From: Candidatus Ozemobacteraceae bacterium
Lineage (GTDB): Bacteria > Muiribacteriota > Ozemobacteria > Ozemobacterales > Ozemobacteraceae
DNA: 64,000 nt
NCBI GenBank assembly: GCA_965140445.1
Contig: OZ223236.1
Span: 2,304,001 to 2,368,000, forward strand
Direction of reading: 5' to 3'
The position numbers were made by a program, and so were the translations under genes. The first letter of the stretch is position 1. Each line of letters starts with the position of its first letter. Positions 10,607 to 20,272 of the stretch are shown here, in pieces. The notes beneath the pieces were generated by a model. The model ran no database searches. It had not been told where the DNA came from and saw only the letters and a list, made by a program, of their open reading frames with translations.

Positions 10607-12859
10607 CTAGAAAAGAGGTCTGAGCCATCCCATTTTGGAAAGGATTTTAATCAACCACATTTTCTTGGATTCAATTTGTTCTGGTCCAAATTCGGCTCTT
10701 CCCTCTGAGGCCAGGTGATATTCAACTGCCTTACTAATATCAAATTGAATACCTTCTCTAAGTTCCTTAGAGAAGCCTTCTGATTTTATAACCGCAACGA
10801 CTTCGGAGTTTACTTTTTCACTGAGATAATCAAAGTTGTAGGTTCCGACTATGCCGATCTGACGGTCAAAAACAAAGTTCTTGGCATGAAGTTGTCCTTC
10901 ATTTACTCTGGCAAAGATTTTCATGGATGGAATATCAGTCAGTAATGTTCTCCAATCCTTCATGAGCATTGCTTCTGTAGGAAAGCTATCTGAAGTTTGA
11001 GGGCTGTTCGTATGAACCAGAATTGGAATATTTCTCTTTCCTGCTCTCTTTAATGCCGCTTCAGCTCTTGGAGTAAGAACCACGTATGGGTTCTGAATCA
11101 AAATCTCTGTTTCACAGCCATCAATCATTTTTACAATGGTTTCCGTGATTTCATTTCTTGGTCCTGAAAGTGAGTGTTTATCAAGAATTTTTACCGGGCA
11201 TTCATAACCATATTCAAAAGGGTCGAAGCTGGAATATTGATTCATATTTTTATATTTTTTTAACTCAATCGAAAGCTTTTCATAAGTTGATTTGGAATCC
11301 TTGGAGCTTTCTGCAAGAGCATCGATGGATTCAAGATGCAAAGCTGCATCCATAAGATTGTAAGCAACTTTTAGTTGATCAGATCTGTATTTTGTCAAAC
11401 CAAACAAAGACTTTCCAACTTCAAAGGCTTTCAAAATTGAAAATTCTTCTTCAAATGCGTTCATCAAGCGACTGTTTACATACTCGGAGTCAATAATTAC
11501 ATCACAATCCCGCCATGCAGTTTCATCATCAATTGGGTCAACCAGATATTCATCAGCAATGTTTCGACCGCCAACTACAGAATATCTTCCGTCAATAACA
11601 ATTATCTTGTCGTGATTGCTGGAAATAATTCTTCTTACGTCAGTCATCATGCCGATCAAGTTGGTTTGAATTGGATTGTATACCTTAACTTCTATATTGC
11701 TTTCTTTAGCGAGTTCCTGAAGGTATCCCTTGGACATTATTTTCATGCTGAGTTTGTTTGAACCGCGGCCATCCACCATAAGCCTTATCTTTACACCTTC
11801 CTGAGCTTTCTTTAAAAGAAGTCCCAGAAGGCTAAGTCCAAAAGCATCATTTTCAATGATGAAATACTGCATGTCGATTGAAGACCTGGCGTTGCTTATA
11901 AGGTTCCAGCGGGCATACCATGCGTCATAGTTATTGTAGAGCAACCTTACTGTTGCATTCAGGTTTTCATCACGAGGAGCAGATTCCTTTTGAAATTCGT
12001 CAAATGTTACACTTACAGGTGGAACAAAAGGAGCTGCTGCAGCCTCATAATACAGCAACAAATCCGCTTCTTTATTTTGAGCATTTACAAAGGAAACTGA
12101 CTTGCTCAGATATTTAACTCCGCGAACTGCTTTTATTGGAAAAGCAAACCATGAACCCTTTGAATATGAGTTAAACGCATCTGTCATTTCTTGAAATTTT
12201 TTGGTTAAAGCTTTATGCGAGGCTTTCTTCATCCCGGTCGCGCGAACGAGGTTTAGACGTAGTTTTGCCAGATGGGAAGCTCGTTTATTTGTGCTATATT
12301 TGGCGATTGCTGCAAAGATAGTAACTGATTTTTTAGAGTCAATTGCGAGTCGTTCAAGGGCTACAGCTGTTTCATATTTGAGGGCTGTTCCTAAATCAGA
12401 TCGACCAAGCTTGCTTTGAAGTTTTTCCAGCTGGGCGATAATTTTAATAGCTTCTTCTTTGGATTCAGTTTCACGTAGGGTTTGAATTAAAGCAGAAACT
12501 TCTGGGGTAAAGCTTGCTATAAATTCCTTTTTTAAGTAAGGGCGAGAAACAGCTACTTTTAAGTTGGGGGAACTTGAAGTTGAAACTTTGTTGACTGAAT
12601 TGTTCGTAGAACTTGAATTGGCGGATTTAGAAATCTCTGCCGATGGCAATGTTCCAACATAAGCTTGTCTGGCAATTTGAAAAGCTTTTAATGCTGCCTG
12701 AACTTTAGCATCTGATTGTTTCTCTGCAATTGCTTGCTGATAGCTTTTATAGGCATTGGCATATTTTTGATAAGCATCGGAGGTTGAATCAGCATAAGCA
12801 TTTGCCGAACCTAAGTGTACCGACACCAAAAGCAATAGTATTGTAAATATCTTTTTCAT
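10607..12859 (-). CDS. Secreted phospholipase D / cardiolipin synthase-like protein with long helical N-terminal region
   Basis: Two HKD motifs (NHDKIIVID, LHAKNFVFD); signal peptide MKKIFTILLLL...AYA; start moved to ATG 12859 with GGGG SD. Confidence 0.88.
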   Translation of the reverse strand: MKKIFTILLLLVSVHLGSANAYADSTSDAYQKYANAYKSYQQAIAEKQSDAKVQAALKAFQIARQAYVGTLPSAEISKSANSSSTNNSVNKVSTSSSPNLKVAVSRPYLKKEFIASFTPEVSALIQTLRETESKEEAIKIIAQLEKLQSKLGRSDLGTALKYETAVALERLAIDSKKSVTIFAAIAKYSTNKRASHLAKLRLNLVRATGMKKASHKALTKKFQEMTDAFNSYSKGSWFAFPIKAVRGVKYLSKSVSFVNAQNKEADLLLYYEAAAAPFVPPVSVTFDEFQKESAPRDENLNATVRLLYNNYDAWYARWNLISNARSSIDMQYFIIENDAFGLSLLGLLLKKAQEGVKIRLMVDGRGSNKLSMKIMSKGYLQELAKESNIEVKVYNPIQTNLIGMMTDVRRIISSNHDKIIVIDGRYSVVGGRNIADEYLVDPIDDETAWRDCDVIIDSEYVNSRLMNAFEEEFSILKAFEVGKSLFGLTKYRSDQLKVAYNLMDAALHLESIDALAESSKDSKSTYEKLSIELKKYKNMNQYSSFDPFEYGYECPVKILDKHSLSGPRNEITETIVKMIDGCETEILIQNPYVVLTPRAEAALKRAGKRNIPILVHTNSPQTSDSFPTEAMLMKDWRTLLTDIPSMKIFARVNEGQLHAKNFVFDRQIGIVGTYNFDYLSEKVNSEVVAVIKSEGFSKELREGIQFDISKAVEYHLASEGRAEFGPEQIESKKMWLIKILSKMGWLRPLF

Positions 12860-12987
12860 TTTTTTGTCCCCCATGGTAACCCTATACCTAAACATTCTAA
12901 GGAGATTTATCAAAACCGTCCAGTTTTTGGCATATAAATTTGTGGAAGGCTGCTTTGTACGGTAAAATCTCTCAAAAAAGGTGCTAA

Positions 12988-13728
12988 ATGGAATTGGAAA
13001 TAGTTTATCAGGATGAATTTCTGGTTGCGATAAATAAACCACCCGGGCTGCTTGTTCATAAAACAGACATTTCAGCGGAAACAGTTAATGCCATGCATTT
13101 GCTTCGTGATCAACTGAATCAATGGGTTTATCCAGTCCATAGATTGGATAGAGCAACTTCAGGAATCCTACTTTTCGCTTTAAATTCTGAAATAGCAGGG
13201 AAGGTTTGTGAGGATTTTATTTCACATGCTGTTGAAAAGGATTATCTTGCCATTGTCAGGGGAAGGCTTGAGGGAAGTGAAGTTATTGATTATCCACTTA
13301 AAGATATTCGCGATCAGCTCAAGAATAAAAAGAAAAAAGTCACTAGACCTCCTTTGGATGCAATAACATTTATCAATTCGATTGGGACTTCCGAAATCAA
13401 TTTTGCTGTAGGCCCCTATGAGAAATCCAGATATTCAATTGTAAAAGTCCAGCCTAAAACTGGCCGTTATAGACAAATAAGGCGACATTTGAAGCATATC
13501 TTTCATCCTGTGATTGGCGACGTAAGGTTTGGAGATGGGAAGCATAACCTTCTTTTTCGCGAGCAAATTGGTAATTCTCGTTTGCTTCTCCATGCATATA
13601 AGTTAAAGTTTATGCACCCGGCAACCGGCCTTGAGGTAATTTTGCGAGCAGAACCAGACGCCGATTTTTACAAAGCTGCTGAGTTTGCAGAACTTTCCGA
13701 TTGTTTGAATAAAGCAACTCAGGAGTAG
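12988..13728 (+). CDS. truC: RluA-family pseudouridine synthase, TruC-like
   Basis: INKPPGLLVH, HRLDRATSG catalytic Asp, TGRYRQIRRH, HPVIGD..GDGKHN; no S4 domain. Confidence 0.8.
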   Translation: MELEIVYQDEFLVAINKPPGLLVHKTDISAETVNAMHLLRDQLNQWVYPVHRLDRATSGILLFALNSEIAGKVCEDFISHAVEKDYLAIVRGRLEGSEVIDYPLKDIRDQLKNKKKKVTRPPLDAITFINSIGTSEINFAVGPYEKSRYSIVKVQPKTGRYRQIRRHLKHIFHPVIGDVRFGDGKHNLLFREQIGNSRLLLHAYKLKFMHPATGLEVILRAEPDADFYKAAEFAELSDCLNKATQE

Positions 13729-13792
13729 GTATAGATATTTTCACCTTCAGATAGTGTACAGTGAGCGACATTATAAGTGTGTCGCATATAAA

Positions 13793-13821
13793 TTGAAAAT
13801 TTCCCCTCTACAGAGTAGAAT
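13793..13821 (+). promoter_or_regulatory. Sigma70-like promoter for the first tldDE pair
   Basis: TTGAAA-17 nt-TAGAAT. Confidence 0.55.
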
Positions 13822-13905
13822 AGTTAGAAATCGTGGCACTTCTAAAAAATCGGATAAAAAATAGATTTTCCTGATTTGGTGCTTCGGGAAGGAATAGTTC
13901 GTAAA

Positions 13906-15390
13906 ATGAATCATACTCCAGAAATCAGCGATAAGATAAAAACGAATATTGATAAGTTGATTAAACGCGGTGCTGAATACGTAGATGTGAGGTTTCACAC
14001 CAACGATGATTCGGAAACACTGGTTCTCTATGACGGAAACCTTGAAGCCAACGATACTTCTTTTGAAAGTGGCGTTGGGGTAAGAGTTTTGAAAGGTGGA
14101 GCCTGGGGATTTGCTGCAACAAGCAATCTTGATGATTTAGAAGATTGTTTTCAGTTGGCTTTTAAAAATGCTGAGACAGCTTCCAGATTAGTGAAAATCC
14201 CTTTGACCATGGGAAAACAGCCCGGCCATAAAGGATCATATCAGTCCCCCGTGAAAATAGATCCCTTTGAAGTTTCATTAAAGGACAAACTTGATTTTAT
14301 GATTGGCCTGGATGATCAGTTGAAAGATGAATGGATTTTTAAAAGATTTGTCTATGCTAATTTCCAGAAAAAAAACGTTTTGCTATTCAATAGCGAAGGA
14401 ACAGAGATCGATCGAAAGCTCACCAACGTTTTTGCCAAGATGGGTATCATGGCCCTTGATGAAGAAGGCCAAATGCAAAGAAGAACGAAAGAACTTTTTA
14501 CTACTGGTGATGGAACTCGCGGTTGGGAACTTCTTGTTGATCCTGCGCGGTTCAGTTGCCATGTTCCTGCTATGAAAACAGAGCTTTCTGAGCTGCTTAA
14601 GGCTCCTGCTCTTGAATTTGGAAAGCGTTCAGTTATTTTGCTTCCTGGGCAAGGCTTTTTGCAGGTTCACGAGACGATTGGACATCCTCTTGAATTAGAT
14701 AGAATTCTTGGATACGAACTTTCGTATGCAGGCGGTTCATTTGTGAATCTCGATTCATTTGGAAAATTGCAGTATGGTAGTGAAAAACTTTCTGTCAGCG
14801 CATACGGCGGAATTGCCAATTCTCCCGGTACATTCGGTTTTGATGACGAAGGCTCTCCCGAGAGAGATTACCTCCTGATTGATAAAGGACGTCTTGTTAA
14901 CTGTCTTACTTCCAGAGCAATGATAAGCGAAGCTAACGAAAAAGCCGGAAGACAGATTTTTGATAAAAGCGGCGGAGCTGCAAGGGCAACTGCATTCTAC
15001 CGGGCTCCGATCGATCGTATGACTAACGTGAATATCCTTCCCGGCAACGATGGTAGTCTTGAAGATATTATTGCTTCAACCGAAGACGGTGTTGTAATGG
15101 ATTATCCTACTTCGTGGTCAATTGGCTCCAATCGTGAACATTTCCATTTTGGTTGCGAAATTGCCTGGGAAGTTAAGAATGGCAAAAGAACCAGAATTTT
15201 GAAGAACCCAACTTATCAGGGACACACCGTAGAATTTTATAATTCTCTTTCAGCGGTTGGTGATAAGTCTACATGGGAAGTTGGCCAGGTTAATAATTGT
15301 GGAAAAGGTGAGCCGAATCAGGTTATGCAACTTGGGCATGGTATTCCGGTTATCAGATTCGACAATGTTATAACCGGGGAAAGGAAATAA
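13906..15390 (+). CDS. tldD: TldD-like metalloprotease (TldD/PmbA family)
   Basis: HETIGHPLELDR zinc motif, FDDEG, RMTN, C-terminal CGKGEP. Confidence 0.9.
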   Translation: MNHTPEISDKIKTNIDKLIKRGAEYVDVRFHTNDDSETLVLYDGNLEANDTSFESGVGVRVLKGGAWGFAATSNLDDLEDCFQLAFKNAETASRLVKIPLTMGKQPGHKGSYQSPVKIDPFEVSLKDKLDFMIGLDDQLKDEWIFKRFVYANFQKKNVLLFNSEGTEIDRKLTNVFAKMGIMALDEEGQMQRRTKELFTTGDGTRGWELLVDPARFSCHVPAMKTELSELLKAPALEFGKRSVILLPGQGFLQVHETIGHPLELDRILGYELSYAGGSFVNLDSFGKLQYGSEKLSVSAYGGIANSPGTFGFDDEGSPERDYLLIDKGRLVNCLTSRAMISEANEKAGRQIFDKSGGAARATAFYRAPIDRMTNVNILPGNDGSLEDIIASTEDGVVMDYPTSWSIGSNREHFHFGCEIAWEVKNGKRTRILKNPTYQGHTVEFYNSLSAVGDKSTWEVGQVNNCGKGEPNQVMQLGHGIPVIRFDNVITGERK

Positions 15391-15393
15391 GCC

Positions 15394-16767
15394 ATGCTGG
15401 AAAAAAATATAAAAGAAATAATCAATCAGGTTCGTGATGAAGCAGCTGAAAAAGGGATAGTTGCTTCTATTGCTCTTCATCGTGAAAAAAGTCATTTAAT
15501 GAGAATTGGAAACAATTCTGTGTCGCTTAATACTTCTGAATCGCTTGCCAGACTGGATGTTGAAGTTATTGATGGTAAGAAACAGGGAAGTCATACTCAA
15601 CTTGGCACAATTAAGTCGGTTGAATACGTTCGCAAAGCTCTGGAAATCGCAGTTGAAAAGTCTAAGGTGGCAAAACCGAAAGATTATCAGCCAATTCCTG
15701 TTGTTATTGAAAAAAATATTGATGAAACTGACCAATATGATGAAGCTCTTGAAAATGTAGACCCTGCTTTTAAGGCCGAAAGTTATGAAAAGATTTTCAA
15801 AGGAGTAGGGGAAGACTACAATTTTTCTGGCTCCTGGTCCAGTGGTTCAACTGAAATCTATCTTGTAAGCACTGCGAACAAGAATGAAGCTTATCACAAA
15901 GGCACTGATCAGCTTTTTAATGTGGTGTTAAAGCATCCTGTTAAGATGTGGGAGATGCGCCTTAATCAGGCTGGATGGCGTAAGGATCATTTTGTGGCTG
16001 ACAAGATAATTGAAGGCTTCAAAAAGTTAGTTCCTGTTTATGAAAACAACGGTGGCTACAAAGTTGCACCTGGTGAATATCGTGTTGCATTTGGTGCGGC
16101 TGCATTAGCTGAAATTGTTATGATGGCTACTTTTACAGGGCTTTCAGGACAATCCTGGGAAGAGAAACAGGGATGGACCGCAAAAAATCAAATCGGTGAT
16201 TTAATTTTGGGTGAAAATGTTACTATCGTCGATGACCCAACTGATAATTCAACTTTTAAGTTTGGGTTTGATTTTGCGGGACTCGCAAGGAAGCCTTTTA
16301 GCCTTGTAGAAAATGGGAAATTAACGGGTTTGATGTATGACAATCAGACTGCGGCGAAATACAGCAAAGAGCAAACTGGTCATTCTCTTGACAGTACAAG
16401 TGTTGTGATGAAAGCTGGAGATGGCGAAAAAGACATACTTGAAGCGACAAAAGGAATGGGAAAAGTTCTTTACATTCCGGCATTGCATTATGTGAATCTA
16501 CCTAACTTCAGCAAAGGTATTTTTACTGGAAGTTCACGATTTAATGCAGTTCTTATCGAAGATGGAGAAATCAAATCTCCGATTTTCTCTTCAAGGGTTA
16601 CTGATTCATTTCAGAATGTTTTTGGAAATATCTTGAAAATTTCTAGTGCCTCTGCATCTGTAAATGAATCTAACACTTATGGCAGACGTGCTCCAGTTGC
16701 TTATTCTGTTCCAACTTATATCATTTCGGATGGAGTAAAAATTACTGATTGCGCCGATTCGTTCTAG
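15394..16767 (+). CDS. TldE/PmbA-like partner subunit
   Basis: TldD/PmbA fold motifs (PGEYRV, VTIVDDP, GIFTGSSR) without HExxxH; follows tldD. Confidence 0.82.
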   Translation: MLEKNIKEIINQVRDEAAEKGIVASIALHREKSHLMRIGNNSVSLNTSESLARLDVEVIDGKKQGSHTQLGTIKSVEYVRKALEIAVEKSKVAKPKDYQPIPVVIEKNIDETDQYDEALENVDPAFKAESYEKIFKGVGEDYNFSGSWSSGSTEIYLVSTANKNEAYHKGTDQLFNVVLKHPVKMWEMRLNQAGWRKDHFVADKIIEGFKKLVPVYENNGGYKVAPGEYRVAFGAAALAEIVMMATFTGLSGQSWEEKQGWTAKNQIGDLILGENVTIVDDPTDNSTFKFGFDFAGLARKPFSLVENGKLTGLMYDNQTAAKYSKEQTGHSLDSTSVVMKAGDGEKDILEATKGMGKVLYIPALHYVNLPNFSKGIFTGSSRFNAVLIEDGEIKSPIFSSRVTDSFQNVFGNILKISSASASVNESNTYGRRAPVAYSVPTYIISDGVKITDCADSF

Positions 16768-16771
16768 CTCA

Positions 16772-16810
16772 AAATAAAAAAGAGTCGGTTTATCCGACTC
16801 TTTTTTATTT
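16772..16810 (+). terminator. Intrinsic terminator
   Basis: AAATAAAAAAGAGTCGG-tttat-CCGACTCTTTTTTATTT. Confidence 0.88.
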
Positions 16811-16845
16811 GCTATCCTGATGAAAATACAGATAAAAGGTAATCC

Positions 16846-17736
16846 ATGAGCTTTTTGGACATTAAAACATTATTCGTCTCAAATGCTTTTACCTGCATTG
16901 CTCTAGGCCTTGTACTTTTATTTTATTATTCCAGCAGAAAAACCTATCCTGGATTCTTGTATTTTATGCTGAGCAGTTTTGTTTTTTCTGTAGGTTATAG
17001 TTCAGTTTTGATGAAGGGCTTTAATATCCCGGAAATCTTACAGATTTTTCTTATCAATTTTGCTTTTTCGTGCGGAGCATTGCTTAGATTAATTGGGATT
17101 GGGCGTTTTATTGGAGCAAGCTATTTTTATAGGATCTTTTTGGGGTTAATGATTGCTACGGTTGGCTCTTGTTTATACTTTTCGGGGGGTAAAGACTTTT
17201 TGATGCTCAGAAACTTTTTTCTGAGTACTTTTATTTCGTCTGTTATTTTTTATATCGCTTTTCTACTATTCCGCAAAGCGAATGAAAAGAGAAATACTCT
17301 TTATAAAATCATTGCCATGTCTTATTGCCTTCAGGGGTTATTTTTGATGCTAAGAGCTGTTTTTTGGTTCTTTCAGGCAGACATCGGTTTATTTGATTCA
17401 TCGGTGATTCATTCAACTTTTTTATTAGCCTGCTTATGGTTGGAAATTACATTGGTATTGGGTTTTATAATGATGAATGCAGAGCGGCTGGAGATTGATT
17501 TATTGAATTCCGAAAAGAAGCAGATTGAAACTGTAAAGCTTCTTGAGCAGGCATTGTTGGAGATAAAAGTTTTAGGCGGACTATTGCCCATTTGTGCTTC
17601 ATGCAAGATGATTCGTGATGATAAAGGTTATTGGAATCAATTAGAGTCTTTTATCAAAGAAAATTCAGAAGCGGAATTCAGCCATTCTATTTGTCCTAAT
17701 TGTGCTGAAAAGCTATATCCAGAGGACTTAGACTAA
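16846..17736 (+). CDS. Polytopic membrane sensor-like protein with C-terminal Cys4 (LPICxxC...SHSICPxC) domain
   Basis: ~7 hydrophobic helices, coiled linker, LLPICASCKMIRDDKGYW...FSHSICPNC. Confidence 0.75.
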   Translation: MSFLDIKTLFVSNAFTCIALGLVLLFYYSSRKTYPGFLYFMLSSFVFSVGYSSVLMKGFNIPEILQIFLINFAFSCGALLRLIGIGRFIGASYFYRIFLGLMIATVGSCLYFSGGKDFLMLRNFFLSTFISSVIFYIAFLLFRKANEKRNTLYKIIAMSYCLQGLFLMLRAVFWFFQADIGLFDSSVIHSTFLLACLWLEITLVLGFIMMNAERLEIDLLNSEKKQIETVKLLEQALLEIKVLGGLLPICASCKMIRDDKGYWNQLESFIKENSEAEFSHSICPNCAEKLYPEDLD

Positions 17737-17858
17737 AAAGTAAATGGAGCATCATTTAAATGAGGAGTGTGGTGGAGTTTATTTATCAAACTATCATTTC
17801 GCAAAAGGTTTTTTTCAGAATTTAATGTTCAAGAAAATTTGAGGTTAAAAGAGGCTAT

Positions 17859-18266
17859 ATGTTAAAAGGCATCAATCATGTTACCTATTCTGTTCGCGAT
17901 TTAGATGAAACATATGATTTCTACGTTACGACATTGGGATTTAAACCAGTTGCCAGATATGGGCAGGCTTTATACCTGGAATTGAACGGTTTATGGTTTT
18001 GTTTTTTCTGGCAGCCAGGAAGAAAAAAAATCGATTCCTTTGATTACACTCATATAGCGTTTGGGGTTGAAGAAAGCAAATTCTCTGATGTTAAGCAAAA
18101 ACTTGAAAAAGCTGGTGTTGAAATCTGGCAGGACAATATCAGCGAAGGAATGTCCTTTTACTTTCTAGATCCTAACGGACATAAGTTAGAAATGCATGTT
18201 GGGGATTTGAAAAGCAGAATTGAGTATCTTAAAAAAACTGAGCATGAAGGTTTAATTATTTATTAA
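17859..18266 (+). CDS. VOC-family fosfomycin-resistance thiol transferase-like protein (FosA/FosB type)
   Basis: GINHVT, DYTHIAF, EGMSFYFLDPNGHKLEMHVGDLKSR. Confidence 0.8.
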   Translation: MLKGINHVTYSVRDLDETYDFYVTTLGFKPVARYGQALYLELNGLWFCFFWQPGRKKIDSFDYTHIAFGVEESKFSDVKQKLEKAGVEIWQDNISEGMSFYFLDPNGHKLEMHVGDLKSRIEYLKKTEHEGLIIY

Positions 18267-18576
18267 TTGAGTGAATTTGTTAACTTCATAATTTCATAAT
18301 TTCAGAAGTTTAGGAGAAAATATTAAGAAATTAAACAAATGGATCATGAAGAATGTTCTGATAAACATTGATTTTTTTTACTGTTTAAGTTTTTCCTGCA
18401 GATATTTCGGGCATAGATAAAACAAATAAAGATAAAATTAATCTATATATTTTTTGCCATGAATGGGAGCGCTGTGTAGCTAACATTTAAGTCTTACAGA
18501 TAAATCATTGGTTTTTCTTGAAATGCTAATAGCAATACATAGATTATTAAAATATAAGAGCAAATAGGATAAAAAA

Positions 18577-19788
18577 ATGATTCTTGATAATATAGTATTT
18601 GAGGTTGCACTGATTTTTATTGGCGCTTCTCTTTTATCAACAATTTTTCTTCAATTCAGACAGCCAATCATACTTGCTTATATTGCACTTGGAATGATCG
18701 TTGGCCCATGGGGATTTGGGGTAATTAAAGATCCATCTCATATTAAGCATATGTCACACCTGGGAATAATTCTTTTGATGTTCCTGCTAGGTCTTCAGCT
18801 CCATCCTCAGAATCTTGTGAAGTTATTAAAGCGAACCTCTCTTATCACAATAGCTACATGTGCTGTTTTTGTAGTTCCAGTTTACTTTATTACTCAGATC
18901 TTTGGTTTCTTTCCGAAAGACGGTTTAATTGCTTCTCTTGCCCTTATGTTTTCAAGCACTTTGATAGGGTTAAAGTTAATTCCACCAAGATCTGATAAGT
19001 ATCGTCACATGGGCGAGGTTGTTGTTAGCATTCTATTATTTCAGGATATTCTTGCCATTCTTTTGATTCTGATAATTAATGGTAATGGCAGTATGAACCT
19101 TTTAAATGAAGTTCTTTTGCTTTTAGGTAAGAGCATATTTTTTGCTGCACTGGCTTTTATAATAGTGGAAAGCATATTGCTTAAGTTTTTTAATAAGTTT
19201 GGAATGGTTCAGGACTATATCTTTCTAATGTCAATTGGCTGGTGTTTATTGGGAGCTGAAACTGCTTTGTATCTAGGTTTATCCTATGAGATCGGGGCAT
19301 TTATTGCGGGAATATCGCTCGGTGCTTCTCCTTTGGCGTTAAAGATTTCAGGAGGCTTAAAGCCTGTCCGGGAATTTTTTCTGATTCTATTCTTTTTTTC
19401 AATCGGAGCGCAGTTTGATCTGTTTATAAGCACTAAAGTATGGGCGCCTGCTTTAACTATTGCACTATTTCTCGTTTGCTTGAAGCCTATTGCTTTTCAT
19501 CTTGCATTTCGCAGGGGAAAAGAAACCAGGCACGATTCATGGGAGCTTGGTTTCAGGCTTGGGCAGTCCAGTGAATTTTCTATTCTTGTCTCATTCAGCG
19601 CTTTAAAAGCATGTGTTATTGAGCCTAAAACTGCTTATTTAATCCAATTAGCAACCATATTAACCTTTATCATTTCTACTTATATTGTCGTTTATAAATA
19701 TAAAACTCCAATTTCCCAGCATGATGTAGAAAACGTTAATAAAAAGCATCAACATAAAAATGCTCGAAAGGGAGAAAAAGGTGATTGA
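18577..19788 (+). CDS. CPA2-family cation:proton antiporter without RCK domain
   Basis: QPIILAYI..G..VGP, FSST, LLFQD, GAFIAG, FFFSIG, GQSSEFS. Confidence 0.88.
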   Translation: MILDNIVFEVALIFIGASLLSTIFLQFRQPIILAYIALGMIVGPWGFGVIKDPSHIKHMSHLGIILLMFLLGLQLHPQNLVKLLKRTSLITIATCAVFVVPVYFITQIFGFFPKDGLIASLALMFSSTLIGLKLIPPRSDKYRHMGEVVVSILLFQDILAILLILIINGNGSMNLLNEVLLLLGKSIFFAALAFIIVESILLKFFNKFGMVQDYIFLMSIGWCLLGAETALYLGLSYEIGAFIAGISLGASPLALKISGGLKPVREFFLILFFFSIGAQFDLFISTKVWAPALTIALFLVCLKPIAFHLAFRRGKETRHDSWELGFRLGQSSEFSILVSFSALKACVIEPKTAYLIQLATILTFIISTYIVVYKYKTPISQHDVENVNKKHQHKNARKGEKGD

Positions 19789-20191
19789 ATACAAAAACTC
19801 TCTTGATGGAATTACCAGCGAAAAGCTTTCAGGCTTTTTTAATGATTGGCCAAACCCTCCCTCAAAGGAAGTTCACCTGCAAATTCTTAAAAACAGTTTT
19901 GCCTTTGTTTTAGCCTATGATACAAGCGAAAAAAGAGTTATTGGCTTTGTTAATGCCATTTCAGATGGAGTTCTATTTGCATTTATTCCTTTGCTTGAAG
20001 TTTTACCTGACTTTAAAGGGCGTGGAATCGGAAAAGAGCTAATTAAAAGGATCGAAGCAGAGCTTTCGGATAAATATGCAATTGACCTGGTTTGCGATCC
20101 ATCAGTAGCGCCTTTTTATTCTAAACTTGGATTTTCTGAATTGAGGGGAATGGCAAAAAGAAATTATGAAGCTTTAAAAATTATTGGTTGA
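19781..20191 (+). CDS. GNAT family N-acetyltransferase
   Basis: V.PDFKGRGIGKEL acetyl-CoA motif, FYSKLGF; GTG start after GGAG. Confidence 0.85.
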   Translation: MIEYKNSLDGITSEKLSGFFNDWPNPPSKEVHLQILKNSFAFVLAYDTSEKRVIGFVNAISDGVLFAFIPLLEVLPDFKGRGIGKELIKRIEAELSDKYAIDLVCDPSVAPFYSKLGFSELRGMAKRNYEALKIIG

Positions 20192-20272
20192 GAGGGATTT
20201 AATTTACAGCCCCTAAAATTTTTAAAAGTGAGATTTGTTAATTTAATTGAAAGCACTTAAAATGGATTTTCT

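Noticed and set aside
12860..13042. N-terminal 61 aa of the 811-aa PLD ORF
   Set aside because: Overlaps the divergent truC start; signal peptide and SD indicate ATG 12859
18308..18420. GTTTAGGAGAAAA (also at 61968-61980) as SD of a small ORF
   Set aside because: Nearest ATG is over 20 nt away and the resulting peptides are unconvincing; the 13-nt match may be chance in AT-rich DNA
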